A model generated the notes under the pieces. That model saw only the letters and a list, made by a program, of their open reading frames with translations, was not told the DNA's origin and ran no database searches. A stretch of 64,000 bases of DNA from Eremomyces bilateralis CBS 781.70 (taxonomy: Eukaryota), in assembly GCA_010015585.1 (NCBI GenBank), contig ML975152.1; one strand, 5' to 3'. Made by a program: the position numbers and the translations under genes. Below, piece after piece: positions 52,491-63,546 of the stretch (position 1 is its first letter; every line of letters begins with the position of its first letter).

Positions 52491-53099
52491 ACTCTTATAA
52501 TATGAATAGAATATGCCTAACTAAGATATGAATACAGAGGGAGGACCGTTAGAGGACGCCGGAGATGCTTAACGCATGAACGGCGACGTATGAATTGGCT
52601 CGTATTCGGTCATATGCGCTCTCTTGGAAACTTAGTCCGAGATTCGCGCCTGATGATGGTGCGGCATTTCTACCGCAGAACCGTGGTAGATGCTGCATTA
52701 TGTGTGTCTGGTGACAGCGTCATCGTTCCATAACGTCCCAGATTTTGAGCGAGTCCCTCCGCCCCTTTCCATCCCCTGAATTCCGGCCATACCTACCCCC
52801 TCGGCCGCTCCAGCTGCTGCCTGAGACGCGGGCTTAGCAGGTTAGGCGAGATGAGCAATTTTGTTGGAGATCCCTCGGGATCACCGGGTGTCAAATAGAT
52901 TTCCAGCTCACCAACCACTTCCGGAAAGCCAAGGAGCTAAAGGGGGAAGTGGAACATGCGTGTGCCTCTCAATCTCACCGTCTCGCCCTTTTACCCTCTC
53001 GTGGTCCTCCTTGAGCATGAACGCGACCGCCACTGCTCGCCTCGCCATTGTCTTGCTTTTTCTCCCCCACCTCCACATCAACCAGACTGGCTCAACCCA

Positions 53100-53520
53100 C
53101 GAGTACGGCAATGCAACGTAGGCAGCAAGCGACGAAGCAATGATACAGGGATCTAGGATCGTCATAAGCCGTGGACTTTGTGACCGACTTCCATGACTCG
53201 CATTGAGGATGACGGTGGACCAAGGTGCTGGACTCGGCGTGGCCGAACGGAATCAACGGCCCCCAATGCCGGGGGCTGTGTGGGCCACTCCGAGCTCGCG
53301 AGCAGAATGTGAGCGAGATGGTCGGCCATCTGCTGAACTTGGGCAGGAGCGCGGAGAGGGAGGAGGTTGGATTCGGATTCGGATTCGGAGAGACAGTCAG
53401 TCTTACGCTCGAAAGGGAGAGAAACGATCCAGGGAAACGGGAGGCATACCTGGCAATCCAGGTAGACGAGCTCCTCGAGAATTAAATGACCAGTAGAGGA
53501 GATCGCAGCGCCGGGTAGAC
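53100..53520 (-). mobile_element. Possible highly decayed pogo/Fot1-type transposase N-terminus
   Basis: Fragments across shifting frames (EELV.WI, GMPP, AQVQQMA..ILL, HRHP) resemble a CENP-B-type HTH. The match is weak. Confidence 0.25.
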
Positions 53521-53889
53521 AGAGTGTAATAGTTGGGACGGCGATCAGGCGGGAGTGCGGCGGCTAGGGAATGCAGCGATACTAGAGACATAGGGGGAGC
53601 AGGGAGCAAGCGAAAGATGAAGAGCGGTCGTGGATTCTCGGTCGCCGCAGTAGTTGAGGGGTTTGGGAAGACGGGAGCGATGAAATAAAACGGCAGAAGA
53701 AGGAATAGTGGAATGCGCGTTTTATATATGAAGTCGAAGCAGGCGGACTGGCCAGAGAAGCCGGGAAATCTTCGGATCATGAGCATCGACCAATGAGCGT
53801 GCACGGTGGGCAAACCTGCCATTCTGGCGGTCGATGTGCCGTCGTCTCTTTTACTTGATAACTAATTAATTTCCTCCTCTTGAATAATC

Positions 53890-53976
53890 CAACGGCAAAT
53901 TGACCTCTGTTTTTGGCGGTTTGTGACGCCGTTTTCGCGCGTACGCTTGGCATGTCCTGGAGCCAATTAAGAACCT
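53890..53976. repeat. Dispersed repeat, copy 2 (same orientation as 47560-47645)
   Basis: CGGCAAATTGACCTCTGTTTTTGGCGGTTTGTGACGCCGTTTTCGC, followed by GCCAAT..GAAC as in copy 1. Confidence 0.7.
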
Positions 53977-54319
53977 CACAACCTACACAGGACCTCGGCG
54001 GTTACGGAGTATCAATCATCAGGCTAGTAAACGGTTTGTTATAGTTGCATGCAAATGTACACTTTCGACCGTAAGAAGCGTATGGAAGTACAAATTTGTG
54101 GGTATTGGCATGGCCTCCGCTGTCCTGGTTCGGTTCTATTTGCCTCTAGTAATTTCCTGCACCGAGTACGAGTTTATTCCATAGTAATGGTCGTATTTGG
54201 TATTGGCATTATGCCGATCAAGTATTTAACCTACTCGGTTATACCTTTTGCACATTTTTAAAGGTAGGATGCCCCCAAAGTTTTGATGCTTCACAGGTCA
54301 CGGCATCAAATCGTAAACG

Positions 54320-55941
54320 ATGCTTTTACAATTGACTATAGCCATTTTGGCAGGCATTGCCTGCGGTCGGCCCGCGTGCTGGTCAATCGGTCAGCCGGTA
54401 AACACCTCCAGTGGGCCAGTTATCGGCCATGGCGCGGACTGGAAGCCAGAAGTTTCCGAGTATCTTGGAGTTCCATACGCCGAACCACCGGTCGGAGAAC
54501 TACGATTTGCTGCGCCGAAACCTTTCAAAGGGAACAAGTCAATCACCGCGACTACATTTGGTTCGTCATGCCCGGAGAATATTGGTGGTCCGGCTAGTAC
54601 AATGACGGACGTTGATGAGGACTGCCTCACTCTAAATATCTGGACGAAGCCACAGGTGGGAGAAAAATCCAAGGCAGTCATGATTTGGATATATGGGGGT
54701 GGGTTCGGATCAGGGAGATCCTCTACGCCGCTCTACAATGGCGCTCGTCTTGCGGACGAACACGATGTCGTCGTAGTTAGCGTAAACTACAGAGTCAACA
54801 TCTACGGATTCCCTCGGGCCCCTTTTATCCCGGATCTGAATCCTGGTCTTTTAGATCAACGTTCCGGAGTTGAGTGGGTGAGAGACAAGTGCGTGGATGT
54901 TCGTCATGGAGTAGAGTTACCGTGAGAGCTGACAGATTCTCAGCATTGCGCAATTTGGAGGAGACCCAAAGCGAATTGTTCTGTTTGGTCAATCTGCCGG
55001 AGGCGGATCAGTGGATATGTATTCGTTTGCATATCCACAAGACCCTATTGTGTACGGTCTCATCTCTCAATCAGGAGTTGCTGCAAATTCAGTCGGCCCC
55101 CCACAAAACACGTCCTCGGCTTGGTGGGAATCTAGCCGTAGCCTTGGTTGCGGTGGGATTGAAGCTGGTAAGAGTACCTTGGCGTGTATGAGATCAAAAT
55201 CCTGGCAAGAAATAACAGACAGCGTTCCAAGACGAGGGGTGAGTGCGAATATTGGTGCTGGTGGATTTGGACCAACCCTGGATAACAAGACGGTGCTCCC
55301 TGATTACAACGGGCGAAGAGCCAAAGGCATCTTTGCGAAGATTGTAAGTGACTACGGCCTCCATCACTTCGAATTCGGGTTTCTAATGCACCAGTAGCCG
55401 ATGCTTGTGGGAAACACCAACTACGAGAAAGGCTTCTATGAGGATCTAGCCAGACAAAGGAATGAGACGCTACCGGCAACTTATCGCCCTCCAGAGTTAG
55501 ATGGTTGCGGAACTCATGCTGCGGCACTATCGTACAGGAACGCTGGGATCAATGCCTGGAGATATCTCTACGCAGGAACATGGGGCAACGATACTGCCCC
55601 AGGAGCAGGTCAGTGATGGCAACCTGGATGAATTAGTTGCTCAACCACTAGATCTAACCTAATTTCTAGGTCATGGCGCTGAAATTGCGCTTGTGATGGG
55701 CACGATCGATCATCCCACGCGAAATAACAGCACACCCGAAGAAGCTAAGCTCAGTCTGCGCTTAAGACGCGCATGGACTGCATTTGCCAAAGATCCTGTA
55801 AATGGTCTAGTCAAACTGGGATGGCCTCTGTATGACGAAAATAGCGAGGATCCCACATTGATTCGACTCGGTGGAAGAAACTCGGCCCGTATCGTTTACG
55901 AGCCGCGATCTAAGTATGATCGCTGTCCTTCATCTCCATAA
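54320..55941 (+). CDS. Secreted type-B carboxylesterase (cholinesterase-like), 4 exons
   Basis: Signal peptide; LGVPYAEPPVGELRF, EDCLTLNIW, YGGGF, GQSAG and GHGAE. Introns 54889-54943, 55344-55397 and 55609-55669. Confidence 0.92.
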
Positions 55942-56568
55942 TTGAGAGCAATGGGCCAATAAACGAGGAGACAAGAACGCTAACGCCAAAAGAGGGAATT
56001 TTCGAGGTGGCCTGCAAAACTATAAGGGGTTGATTAAAGTTGAGGGATTTCGTCGAATTTTGGTAGGAAAAAGTGCGCATTGAGTGGGGCTGTGCATGTG
56101 GGGAAAACCTCTAGATGTCCATCAAAGTTTGCAGAATAGAAATATTAGCTCCTCCACGATATATATGTTCAACTTGTTCGCGATAGACTACCTTTAATGG
56201 CACAACACTCCTACATCGCATCCGCATTTAGCAGCTTTGATGGAAGTTAGCTCTCCGAACCCATCGGCACAGTGAACACAATGTTCATCGTGCCAAGATA
56301 GTGGCTCGGAAAGCGGCCTGTGTCGCAAGATGCCCCTGTTGGTTTCTACTGCCATCTAACATTCCTTTCACTGCCCTCTACCCCTGGGCTAGGCCTAATC
56401 AGGACTCTTCAGTCTTCTCCTATGTATTTAAGTTATCTTCATCTGGCTTACTAGCTAGATCTCCTTTTCTAGACAATGGGAATCGTTAATACCAATTTGC
56501 GTTAACTAGGAAAGATCTAATTCTTGGAGCATTGCATGATGTACCTAGAGTACTCTAGGACAGACTGT

Positions 56569-56604
56569 CACGTGCGGACGCGCATGTTTCGTGGAACGAC
56601 GCGT
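56569..56604 (+). promoter_or_regulatory. MCB-like elements (ACGCGT, ACGCGC) and an E-box CACGTG
   Basis: CACGTG at 56569, ACGCGC at 56578 and ACGCGT at 56599, ~95-130 bp upstream of the ATG at 56697. Confidence 0.45.
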
Positions 56605-56696
56605 CCTCTGGCCGCTTCACAACTTGATCTTGCTGGGTAACAGAAGGTTCATCACATTCATACAGTAATTATACTCCATCCAATTAGCCAGTCAGG

Positions 56697-58466
56697 ATGG
56701 AGTTACTGGTACATGTCTGCGCGAAAACCAGCAGAGAAAGGGACGAAGAATACAGACGATTCGCAACATCATATCGCAATTTCGAACTCTCCAGAATCCA
56801 TCACTTGGATTCAAAAGTCCCTGATATCCAGGCGGTGCAAGGCCAACCCCAGTCCAATTCTGACTTTGATTTATACCCTCAAACGCAGAGCGTGATCGGG
56901 GAGTTGCAGCGTTCGTCCGAGGAGCAATATATTGAAGAAACCGAGTCTCTATCACCTGGGGACGACGAAGATGAGGAATCGGACCCTCCCTTGAACACCA
57001 CGGATGCACTCGAGGCAGTCCAAGCGCTTTGCGCAGAGAAGCAATCTTTTTCCTCAGTCCTAGTCCCATCATCTCAGATCCTAAGTAGTCAATCATTTAT
57101 CGACAATACGCAAGAGGCCCTCGATGCTCTCCAGCACTATGTTCCATTCATTCCTACCAATCCCACACAGAAGCCGTCTAGCAAAGGCAGTGATTTAAAG
57201 AGGAAGGCACCTGAGAAAATGCCACCAACACAAGAAACGGGGTTTGGATCGCCGCATATGACCCAAAGAGCCGTATCCGGACCTCTCAGATCTCAGTCAC
57301 CGAGCCAAAGTCAAAGCTACACCCAAATTCAAAGCATTCAGACCTCAGAGCTGCCCTCGAGTTTTGATTGCTTCTCGAAAGACCGATTTCCCCTCAAGGT
57401 GCTACAGACTTCCATGGTTCATGCGACTTCCCCTGCACAGGGGATTAAACGTTCTCTAGCATCACCGCGGAAAGATATTAAAATCTCAAGAGTCAACGCT
57501 TCAAAGGATATGACCGGCAGAGGAGGGGTACGAACAAGGTTGCCCACGAAACATATCGGGCAAGAGGAAAGGGAACCTGTTAGCAGTGGTCCCAGCACTA
57601 CGTTTGAGCCTGTGCGACGACTAAACAAGGAGGTGGGTTTTATATACGGGAGACACCAACCTCGACCTCGGAGTGCTCTACCGGAAGCGGAGATTACGCC
57701 GTCGAAAGACGGGTCATACAGCCCTCCCTCCCCAGTCGCATATCAACCGCCGCCATCATCTGCAATGAAGAATGATACGATACATACCACCAACAAAACG
57801 GTTCCTGACGTGTCCCCCGAACCACCAAGCAATCTGCCCGCACCATTATCCCTCGAGCTGTCTACAGAACTCCCCCCAATATCCGCCCTACCTCTAGAAT
57901 TCCACTCGCCGCTTCCTACAACCAGCAATCTCGATCCAAGTAAACTTCCGTCCTGGATCACCAGGACACTTGCGAAAACCACAGCGGATCCTTTGCTTCG
58001 ACGACAGTACCGTCCGGAATCAGTATCTCGACCAGTCAGGCCAGGGGAAAGAGGCCATTGGCAGTTTGAGACGAGGCAATGGGATGTTGCTCGCCAAGTC
58101 GAGTTCTGGGATTATTTTGGAAAGATTCTGGAAGATGGCAGGTGTGGTTGGGGTGTATGGGCTGCGAGACGATACGGGGAGGGCTGCGAGGAGTCCCCAA
58201 CCGGATTTGCTAATGATAGGGAGGGATCGACGAAAAGGGTGACCTTCGCCCAAACGGGAGAGGCAGAAGGCGAAACGACAGCCCCAGACAGGGGACTTGG
58301 AATAGTCAAGATATATTGCTGGGCCGAGATTATAGAGCATATCTATTTGCTCGTATATGTTGCAAGCCACAAGTGCATCAGGTCGACCGCAGCAGAGTGG
58401 ATTGATGGGTCGGGTAAGGTTGTCGTCCGCATGAGACAAGAATCAAAGAGCAATGTTGCTCGATAG
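56697..58466 (+). CDS. Hypothetical 589-aa protein with an SQ/TQ-rich disordered region and a folded Trp-rich C-terminal domain
   Basis: Single-exon ORF. N-terminal MELLVHV..SRERDEEY; C-terminal ERGHW...GRCGWGVW...KIYCWAEIIEHIYLL...WIDGSG. Confidence 0.82.
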   Translation: MELLVHVCAKTSRERDEEYRRFATSYRNFELSRIHHLDSKVPDIQAVQGQPQSNSDFDLYPQTQSVIGELQRSSEEQYIEETESLSPGDDEDEESDPPLNTTDALEAVQALCAEKQSFSSVLVPSSQILSSQSFIDNTQEALDALQHYVPFIPTNPTQKPSSKGSDLKRKAPEKMPPTQETGFGSPHMTQRAVSGPLRSQSPSQSQSYTQIQSIQTSELPSSFDCFSKDRFPLKVLQTSMVHATSPAQGIKRSLASPRKDIKISRVNASKDMTGRGGVRTRLPTKHIGQEEREPVSSGPSTTFEPVRRLNKEVGFIYGRHQPRPRSALPEAEITPSKDGSYSPPSPVAYQPPPSSAMKNDTIHTTNKTVPDVSPEPPSNLPAPLSLELSTELPPISALPLEFHSPLPTTSNLDPSKLPSWITRTLAKTTADPLLRRQYRPESVSRPVRPGERGHWQFETRQWDVARQVEFWDYFGKILEDGRCGWGVWAARRYGEGCEESPTGFANDREGSTKRVTFAQTGEAEGETTAPDRGLGIVKIYCWAEIIEHIYLLVYVASHKCIRSTAAEWIDGSGKVVVRMRQESKSNVAR

Positions 58467-58939
58467 CTGTTGAATACTGGTGGGCCCTAACTAATCAATA
58501 CATATAAAACATTTATCGTACTGACGACGCTTGACTCCAGGCAATTTCCTCAATGCCATTCACTTGCTATGCACTGATCCAAATACTCCAGCGGGTTCGC
58601 TCTCGAATGCTAGCTACCGCGCTCTGAGCTTCCTATTTGGCTCGTCTAGTTCTATCTCTGACGCGTTATCAGAATCGTTGGAATGATCCAAGTCCCTACA
58701 GTTTGTCACTGTCCATCTATTTGATTTTGACCACCTAGCCAGTCTTAGATCGACCACTTCTACCACTTCTGCCCAAGCACACCTTTCGGCTAGCTGCACA
58801 GCAATAACGAGCATGTTCATCTTCACTATTAGGACTACCGCTCAGTGACAGGCGCGTGACGGCTGCCAACAACCACGAGCTACCACCGATGCAGACAAGA
58901 ACGCAAGATGTCAACAACGACCAAACCGTGGGGAAATGC

Positions 58940-59735
58940 AAGGAACACTGGGACGCGAAATAGTCGACGAATTCTTAGGCAGAATCGACCTTACCAAGCC
59001 AACATCTCTTGATAATCTCTCCGTACAATAGCCCTGACACATTTGGGAACCCATGCGACTTATACCGTCTCTCCACTTCGTCGCTAGGTACGTCCTGATA
59101 AGGTCGTTCTCTGTTATAATGTTATACATTGTACCCCCAAGACTGAAAAATCGTCCTTGATAGTCTGCGGGGAATTCCAGTCGAAGTTCGGCGGTTCAAA
59201 CCGTGTCCCAGGACATGCCGTTGCTTGAGAACTGTTTAGAGAAGAGCCGCCAAAGTCTGAAATCGCAGGTGCAGGTCCTTATCGAGCAGAAAGTTCTTTG
59301 GCTCGACATCACAGTGCATGATGTTAGCAGAATGCAATAACTGTAACCCTTCAGCGGCTTCTTAGATCCAGCGTGGCCGCTGTGGGAGATTGATGGTTTC
59401 GCTATGTGCGCTCAGGTACGAACTGAGGCCACCATAAGGTATATACTCCAGCATCAAAACACAATTTTCAGGGTCGCAATTGATCGGCTTTACTGAGCGC
59501 GGGTGAAGCGACAAGACCTTATAGATAGTAGCTTCCACGGTGAGATCTCGTCGGCAGACTGCTTCTCTGCTCTTGGCCAGGGCGATTTAATGACATCGCC
59601 AGATGGGAGACGCTCTATGGTACCCGTGACTCCACCGGAGAGGAATTCGCCCTTCAAGTTCACGCTAATCTGTTCGACTCGCCCTTGGATTGGGCTTCCT
59701 TTCGCGTCCAGTATTGGAGTCTGGTCGGCAGACAT
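58940..59735 (-). pseudogene. Protein kinase pseudogene
   Basis: GEFLSGGVTG, VIKSP, LMLEY, WI*EAAEGL (TAA at 59364-59362), HCDVEPKNFLLD, DFGGSS, DFFSLG and PYQD, spread over at least three frame changes. Confidence 0.85.
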
Positions 59736-60310
59736 GACGGTTGCTCACGCGGCAAGACACCTGTAAGCGGTCGGAAGAGACAGAAGTGAGTGCTGGATAG
59801 AATAATAACTGCGTAGGGTATTTAAGAGCGGTGTATTCCGTAATAGTAGAATATATCAGGAATGAATGCAATGGAGATACGGAGGCGTCTTTAAAAGTCT
59901 TTTCCTGGTAACTACACCGAAGTGGACTTTGGTGATCAAAAGGAATGTGGATTTGGGATGTCTCCCGCTACCCACTATGGTAATAGCCTAGTCTTTAGAC
60001 CATGTCATCACCTCGGGACAACTGGTGACGACCTTTAGCGATGACGGTTCACTACACGATCCCTGTCTCATCTCCAGCTCCATCTTCGGGCCATATCACT
60101 CTACCGTATCATGATTCTCGTGCGAGTTAGACCATTGAATTGTTGATCAATTCTTCCTTTGCCTGCTTCCGCGGCTTGACCGTCATATTCCTGCACTATC
60201 AGTACGGCTATAAATTCTATAAATTTCCCTCCTCCCTTATCCTCCCCCAGTCCTCCCCGTATCTCAATCCCATCACCAAATTACCAGGTTACGTCACTCC
60301 TCTCCCGAAA

Positions 60311-61878
60311 ATGACGCGAAATGCGCCTTCAAAAAAGCTCAGCGGCGCCGAGGTCGCGATGCACAACTCGAAAGATTCCTGCTGGGTGATCGTCCACGGC
60401 AAAGCCTACGATGTGACCGAGTTCCTTCCCGAGCACCCAGGCGGGCAGAAGATCATCCTCAAATACGCTGGCAAAGATGCCACCGAAGAGTTCGACCCAA
60501 TCCACCCGCCGGACACGTTAGAGAAGTATTTAGATGGCAGCAAGCATTTAGGGGAGGTGGATATGAGTACGGTGGAGCGGGAGGAGAAGGCGACGGATCC
60601 GGAGGAGGGGGAGCGGCAAAAGATGATCCAGAGCAAACCGGATTTGGAACAATGTTTCAATCTTACGGACTTCGAGGCCGTTGCGAGGAGGGTGATGAAG
60701 AAGACCGCATGGGCATATTACTCAAGTGGAGCCGACGATGAGATTGTAAGTCTGTCCTCAAGCCACCCTCGATCCCCCTAACCTCCCAGACAATGCGCGA
60801 AAACCACGCCGCCTTCCACCGCATCTGGTTCCGCCCTCGCATCCTCCGTAACGTCGAACACATCGACCTCTCCACCACCATGATTGGCACCCCAGTCTCC
60901 ATCCCCTTCTACGTCACCGCCACCGCCCTCGGCAAGCTCGGCCACCCCGAAGGCGAAGTCGTCCTCACCCGCGCCGCGCACACCCACCAGGTCGTCCAAA
61001 TGATTCCCACCCTCGCCTCCTGCTCCTTCGACGAGATCGTCGACGCTCGCCAGGGCGACCAGGTCCAGTGGCTACAGCTCTACGTCAACAAGAACCGCGC
61101 TATCACTAAGAAGATCGTGCAGCATGCCGAGGCGCGCGGGTGCAAGGGGCTGTTCATCACCGTCGACGCGCCGCAGCTAGGGCGCCGCGAGAAGGACATG
61201 CGCAGCAAGTTCAGCGACGTCGGGTCGAGCGTGCAGAACTCGTCCGGAGACAATGTGGATCGGAGCCAGGGCGCGGCGCGCGCGATCTCGAGCTTCATCG
61301 ACCCCGCGCTCAGCTGGGATGATATTCCCTGGTTCCGGAGCATCACGAAGATGCCGATTCTTCTAAAAGGTGTGCAGCGGAAAGAGGATGTGCTGAAGGC
61401 GATTGAGGCGGAGGTGGACGGCGTGGTGTTGTCGAATCACGGCGGTCGGCAGCTGGACACCGCGCCATCGGGGATCGAGGTGCTGGCGGAGGTGATGCCG
61501 GAGCTGCGGGCGCGAGGGCTGTATCCGCGGCCGCCCGGGGCGCCGCGGTTTGAGATCTTCATCGACGGGGGCGTGCGGCGGGCGACGGACATCATCAAGG
61601 CGATCTGCCTGGGGGCGACGGGGGTGGGGATAGGGCGGCCGTTCCTGTATGCGATGAGCGCGTACGGCGAGGCGGGAGTGGGGCGGGCGATGCAGTTGTT
61701 GAAGGACGAGATGGAGATGGGGATGCGGTTGATTGGGGCGCGGAGCATCGCGGAATTGAATCCGGAGTTGGTGGATACGCGGGGGTTGGCGGCGGGACAT
61801 ACGAGTATACCGCGAGATATGCTGAGTGAGAATGTGTATGACTCGTTGAGGCAGCCGTTGTGGAAGAGCAAGTTATAA
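60311..61878 (+). CDS. CYB2: Flavocytochrome b2-like FMN alpha-hydroxy acid dehydrogenase with N-terminal cytochrome b5 domain and C-terminal SKL
   Basis: b5 motif EHPGG; TVDAPQLGRRE, SNHGGRQLD and DGGVRRATD. Intron 60746-60789; ends WKSKL. Confidence 0.9.
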
Positions 61879-62073
61879 AAGGGTTCGAGGACATCTGAAT
61901 ACCAATTCTTGTCGATACTTGGCGGACTATACATATCACGGTGGCGTTTTCAGCATCATGGCTCTCCTACATTACAAGATTTCAAGGAGGCATTGTATCC
62001 CCCTCAATATCTTCTCGCTTCACGGACTAGATAGAGAGAGAGAGATTCATACTTCACGGACTAGATACCAATA

Positions 62074-62792
62074 TCAACATTTTTCCCACGTCAATGGCAA
62101 CTCCTGCTTAAACACGTGATCCGCCGAGTCCGCGGTAATCAGTCCTTGCGCCTGTTCATTCCGACTCTGCAACCCGATCCGCAATGTAATCCGTACACTG
62201 TTCTTTGAATTCGCCTGCTTGCCACATGGGCTCGTCGCACCGCGCTGGTTGCCACTATGCAGCAGATAATCCTCCGACAGCGGACCTCTCAACGACTTCG
62301 AAAAGCGCGTCTAAAAAGAGTTAATACCACGCCTCGCATCTTTTCGATTGTGTATTTCTGTACCTGATCATTCTTCCCCCCATGCCCATACCCACTCGTA
62401 ATCGTCCCCGTCACCCCCGACTCCAAATTACAATACCCTCGATAATCCGCCGCGTCGATCCGATACCTCCAGTTATCCGGCACGTCCAACTTCACCGTGA
62501 CGGCACAGTACTTGCTATTACTCCCCTTCGGCACTTTTGGCCCGATGGTGGCCTCGAAATTGTCGAACATCAGCGTCATGATGCTGTTGTCGGCGCTGAT
62601 GGCGACGCTGAAGGTGCCGGGGGGGCAGCCGTTGTTGCCGGTGCCACCTTGCGTGCGGTCAGTAGCGGCGAGGGAGGACATGCCGGAGGTGTCGACAGAG
62701 GGGCTGGTGACTTGGACGGAGCCGGCCGGAGGGCGGGATTGGGCGAGGGAGAGGGTGAGGAAAGGGAGGAGGTGGAGGGGATGGAAGCGCAT
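62074..62792 (-). CDS. Secreted DUF4360-like protein, 2 exons
   Basis: Signal peptide; GNNGCPPGT, TLMFDNFEA and ADYRGY. Intron 62363-62311; ends LTWEKC. Confidence 0.78.
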
Positions 62793-63546
62793 GGTGGATG
62801 TTGGCTTGGATGGAAAGTTTAAACAATACGAACTCGATAGAATGATAGGAGCGAAGAGAGATATCGAAAGAATAGGACGACTACATCGCTAAATATACTC
62901 AACGCTGAGAGCTGACAACCTTCTGCGCTTTAGTGGACGTAGATGAAGAATACGACAAACCGGACAGATCAACATCGAGAGAGTAAGATCAAGAGACTCA
63001 AAAGAACCAAGCTCGTATACGGAAGATTACCTGGCCAAGAAATAGAGCAGTTAATCTGTAAGGCTGCGGCCCTACATTAAGCCTTCTGCCCTACATGAAT
63101 CGAATGTACCGACGGTGTTTGATATTGACGAAGAAGTCAGGGTACTGCGATGGTGAAGAAAAATTGATCGACAATCCTAGCGCTTCTTCACGTCGATCGG
63201 ACGGACCACATGGATCGGTCAGGGACACTCAGGGTTCAGCCATCCCAGCCCGATCCGGTAGCACTGGATATAAATATCGGCAGCCCGGGATCATGCTGAT
63301 TGATGTTCACGGAACTTATTCGTAATGCAAATCGTACAGATGACGCCGGAAGAAGCGCTGACCAAACCCAAACCCTCGCGATGCCATGGATAGCGCCTGA
63401 CGATGAAATATACCCCGCCATCCCGGCGGACCGAGTCTCCGTATGCCAAATGGGAAGTATCAGACCGTGACCGAAAACAGGTAGCCCTGCACATGATTTA
63501 CCTCCGCGAAACCAGCTCCATTCCCCGCATCACCCCTTCCTACCCA

